Shown here piece by piece: positions 63,115-64,000 of a stretch of DNA of 64,000 nucleotides (position 1 is the first letter of the stretch; the number at the start of each line of letters is the position of its first letter). Under the pieces are notes generated by a model, which had not been told where the DNA came from, did no database searches, and saw only the letters and a list, made by a program, of their open reading frames with translations. The DNA is taken from assembly GCA_903908245.1 (NCBI GenBank), contig CAIVRE010000015.1:5468-69467 (forward strand). The letters run 5' to 3'. A program made the translations under genes and the position numbers. This stretch comes from Candidatus Omnitrophota bacterium. GTDB taxonomy: Bacteria > Omnitrophota > Gorgyraeia > Zapsychrales > Fredricksoniimonadaceae.

Positions 63115-64000
63115 ATGAAAGCAATAAATGTTGTCATTCTCGATGATGAACTTGAGATCCTGGATGTGTGCGGACGCCTGTTTGAAGACGAGCCGTTCGC
63201 TTTCCTGGCAACGTCCGATCATAAAGAAGCGATGCGTGCGATAGAGGCAATGGATATAAAAGTTATCCTTTCGGATAATCGTATGCCGGGCATCCTTGGC
63301 GTTGAATTCCTGAGACAGGTCAAAGAGAAGAGGCCGGATGTCATCAGGGTCCTTTTTACCGGGCATGCGGATGTCCAGTTGGCCGAAGATGCGATCAACA
63401 AAGGCGAGGTCTATCGCTTTCTCAACAAGCCGTTCGATCTGAAACAGCTTTTGATGCTGGTGAGGGAGGCGATCGAGAAATTTGATCTGCTAAGGAACAA
63501 TCAACGGCTTGCCGGCAGCATCCAGAAGAGGAACGAGGAGCTCGAGGTATTGAGCGTGAAGTTAAAGAACATGTACGATGTGCAAAAGCAGTTCACCTAT
63601 ACGGTATCGCATGAATTGCGTACGCCATTGGCAGCCATCAAGTCTTCGATCGATATTTTGAATACGGAAATGCCCGGCAAGCTCTCCGACGAGCAGAAAA
63701 TGTTCATCACGGGGGCGAAATCGGGTATTGATCGTTTGGCGCGCCTGATCAACGATGTCCTGGATCTCGCCAAGCTGGAGTCGGGGAAGATGGCGATGGA
63801 CCTTGTGTCCGTTCCTCCTGCGGCCCTGGTGCAGGAGATCGTTTCGATGCAGGGCATGGTTGTTCAGGAGAAGGGGCTAACGCTGGAGACGGAATTCGGT
63901 GCGGACCTTCCCGTGATCCTGGTTGATAAGGACCGGCTGGCCCAGGTCTTCAGCAATTTGATCAATAATGCCATGAAGTTCACAAAAGAGGGGAAGATCA
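63115..64000 (+). CDS. Hybrid REC-HisKA-HATPase_c histidine kinase (3'-truncated by the window end)
   Basis: REC (VVILDDELEILD...) and H-box YTVSHELRTPLAAI. Reads to the window end without a stop. Confidence 0.7.
   Translation, partial: MKAINVVILDDELEILDVCGRLFEDEPFAFLATSDHKEAMRAIEAMDIKVILSDNRMPGILGVEFLRQVKEKRPDVIRVLFTGHADVQLAEDAINKGEVYRFLNKPFDLKQLLMLVREAIEKFDLLRNNQRLAGSIQKRNEELEVLSVKLKNMYDVQKQFTYTVSHELRTPLAAIKSSIDILNTEMPGKLSDEQKMFITGAKSGIDRLARLINDVLDLAKLESGKMAMDLVSVPPAALVQEIVSMQGMVVQEKGLTLETEFGADLPVILVDKDRLAQVFSNLINNAMKFTKEGKI

Overview
This 64 kb window is dense bacterial chromosomal DNA (about 55-60% GC, Gram-negative-type envelope genes lnt, dsbA-like and uppP) with operon organisation and almost no non-coding space. 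No CRISPR array, transposase, integrase or recognisable defence-system gene was seen.

Positions 1-30 kb form a hub of glutamine-amide enzymes:
- GAF-GAF-ANTAR regulator
- glutamine synthetase type III (glnN)
- class-I glutamine amidotransferase
- glutamine-dependent NAD synthetase (nadE)
- a GT2 plus methyltransferase pair
- glutamate synthase gltB, split in two by a 1-nt frameshift, and gltD
- an lnt gene fused to a Q/A-rich C-terminal extension
- carA-carB-purF-pyrG

The window opens with a large (1169 aa or more) protein built round a UDP-sugar pyrophosphorylase (UDPGP) domain. Next to it, on the opposite strand, is a GT-C/PMT_2-like TPR membrane glycosyltransferase.

Positions 30-37 kb hold:
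- a tRNA-Leu preceded by a consensus promoter and tandem degenerate hairpin repeats with mini-ORFs
- rpe
- the most unusual gene in the window: a 465-aa protein with a Flp/TadE-type class-III (prepilin) signal followed by six ~38-aa Cys/Gly-rich repeats (8 Cys each)
- a FIST, GAF-histidine-kinase, REC-GGDEF operon convergent with it

Positions 37-52 kb hold housekeeping genes (uppP, tadA-like deaminase, trmB, D-Ala-D-Ala carboxypeptidase, DsbA-like, divergent L27, glmS, rsmI). A secreted tail-fibre/S74-chaperone-domain protein follows. A PyrR-attenuated pyrimidine operon (pyrR-pyrB-DUF3592-pyrC-pyrK-half-TauE-pyrD-pyrF) comes next, then tRNA-Val and tRNA-Asp.

Positions 52-64 kb are a signal-transduction island: PAS-LuxR, MerR, three histidine kinases, several REC proteins, REC-PAS, a membrane PAS-PAS protein and REC-HD-GYP.

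All assignments rest on reading the translated ORFs and the DNA. Nothing has been checked by database search.
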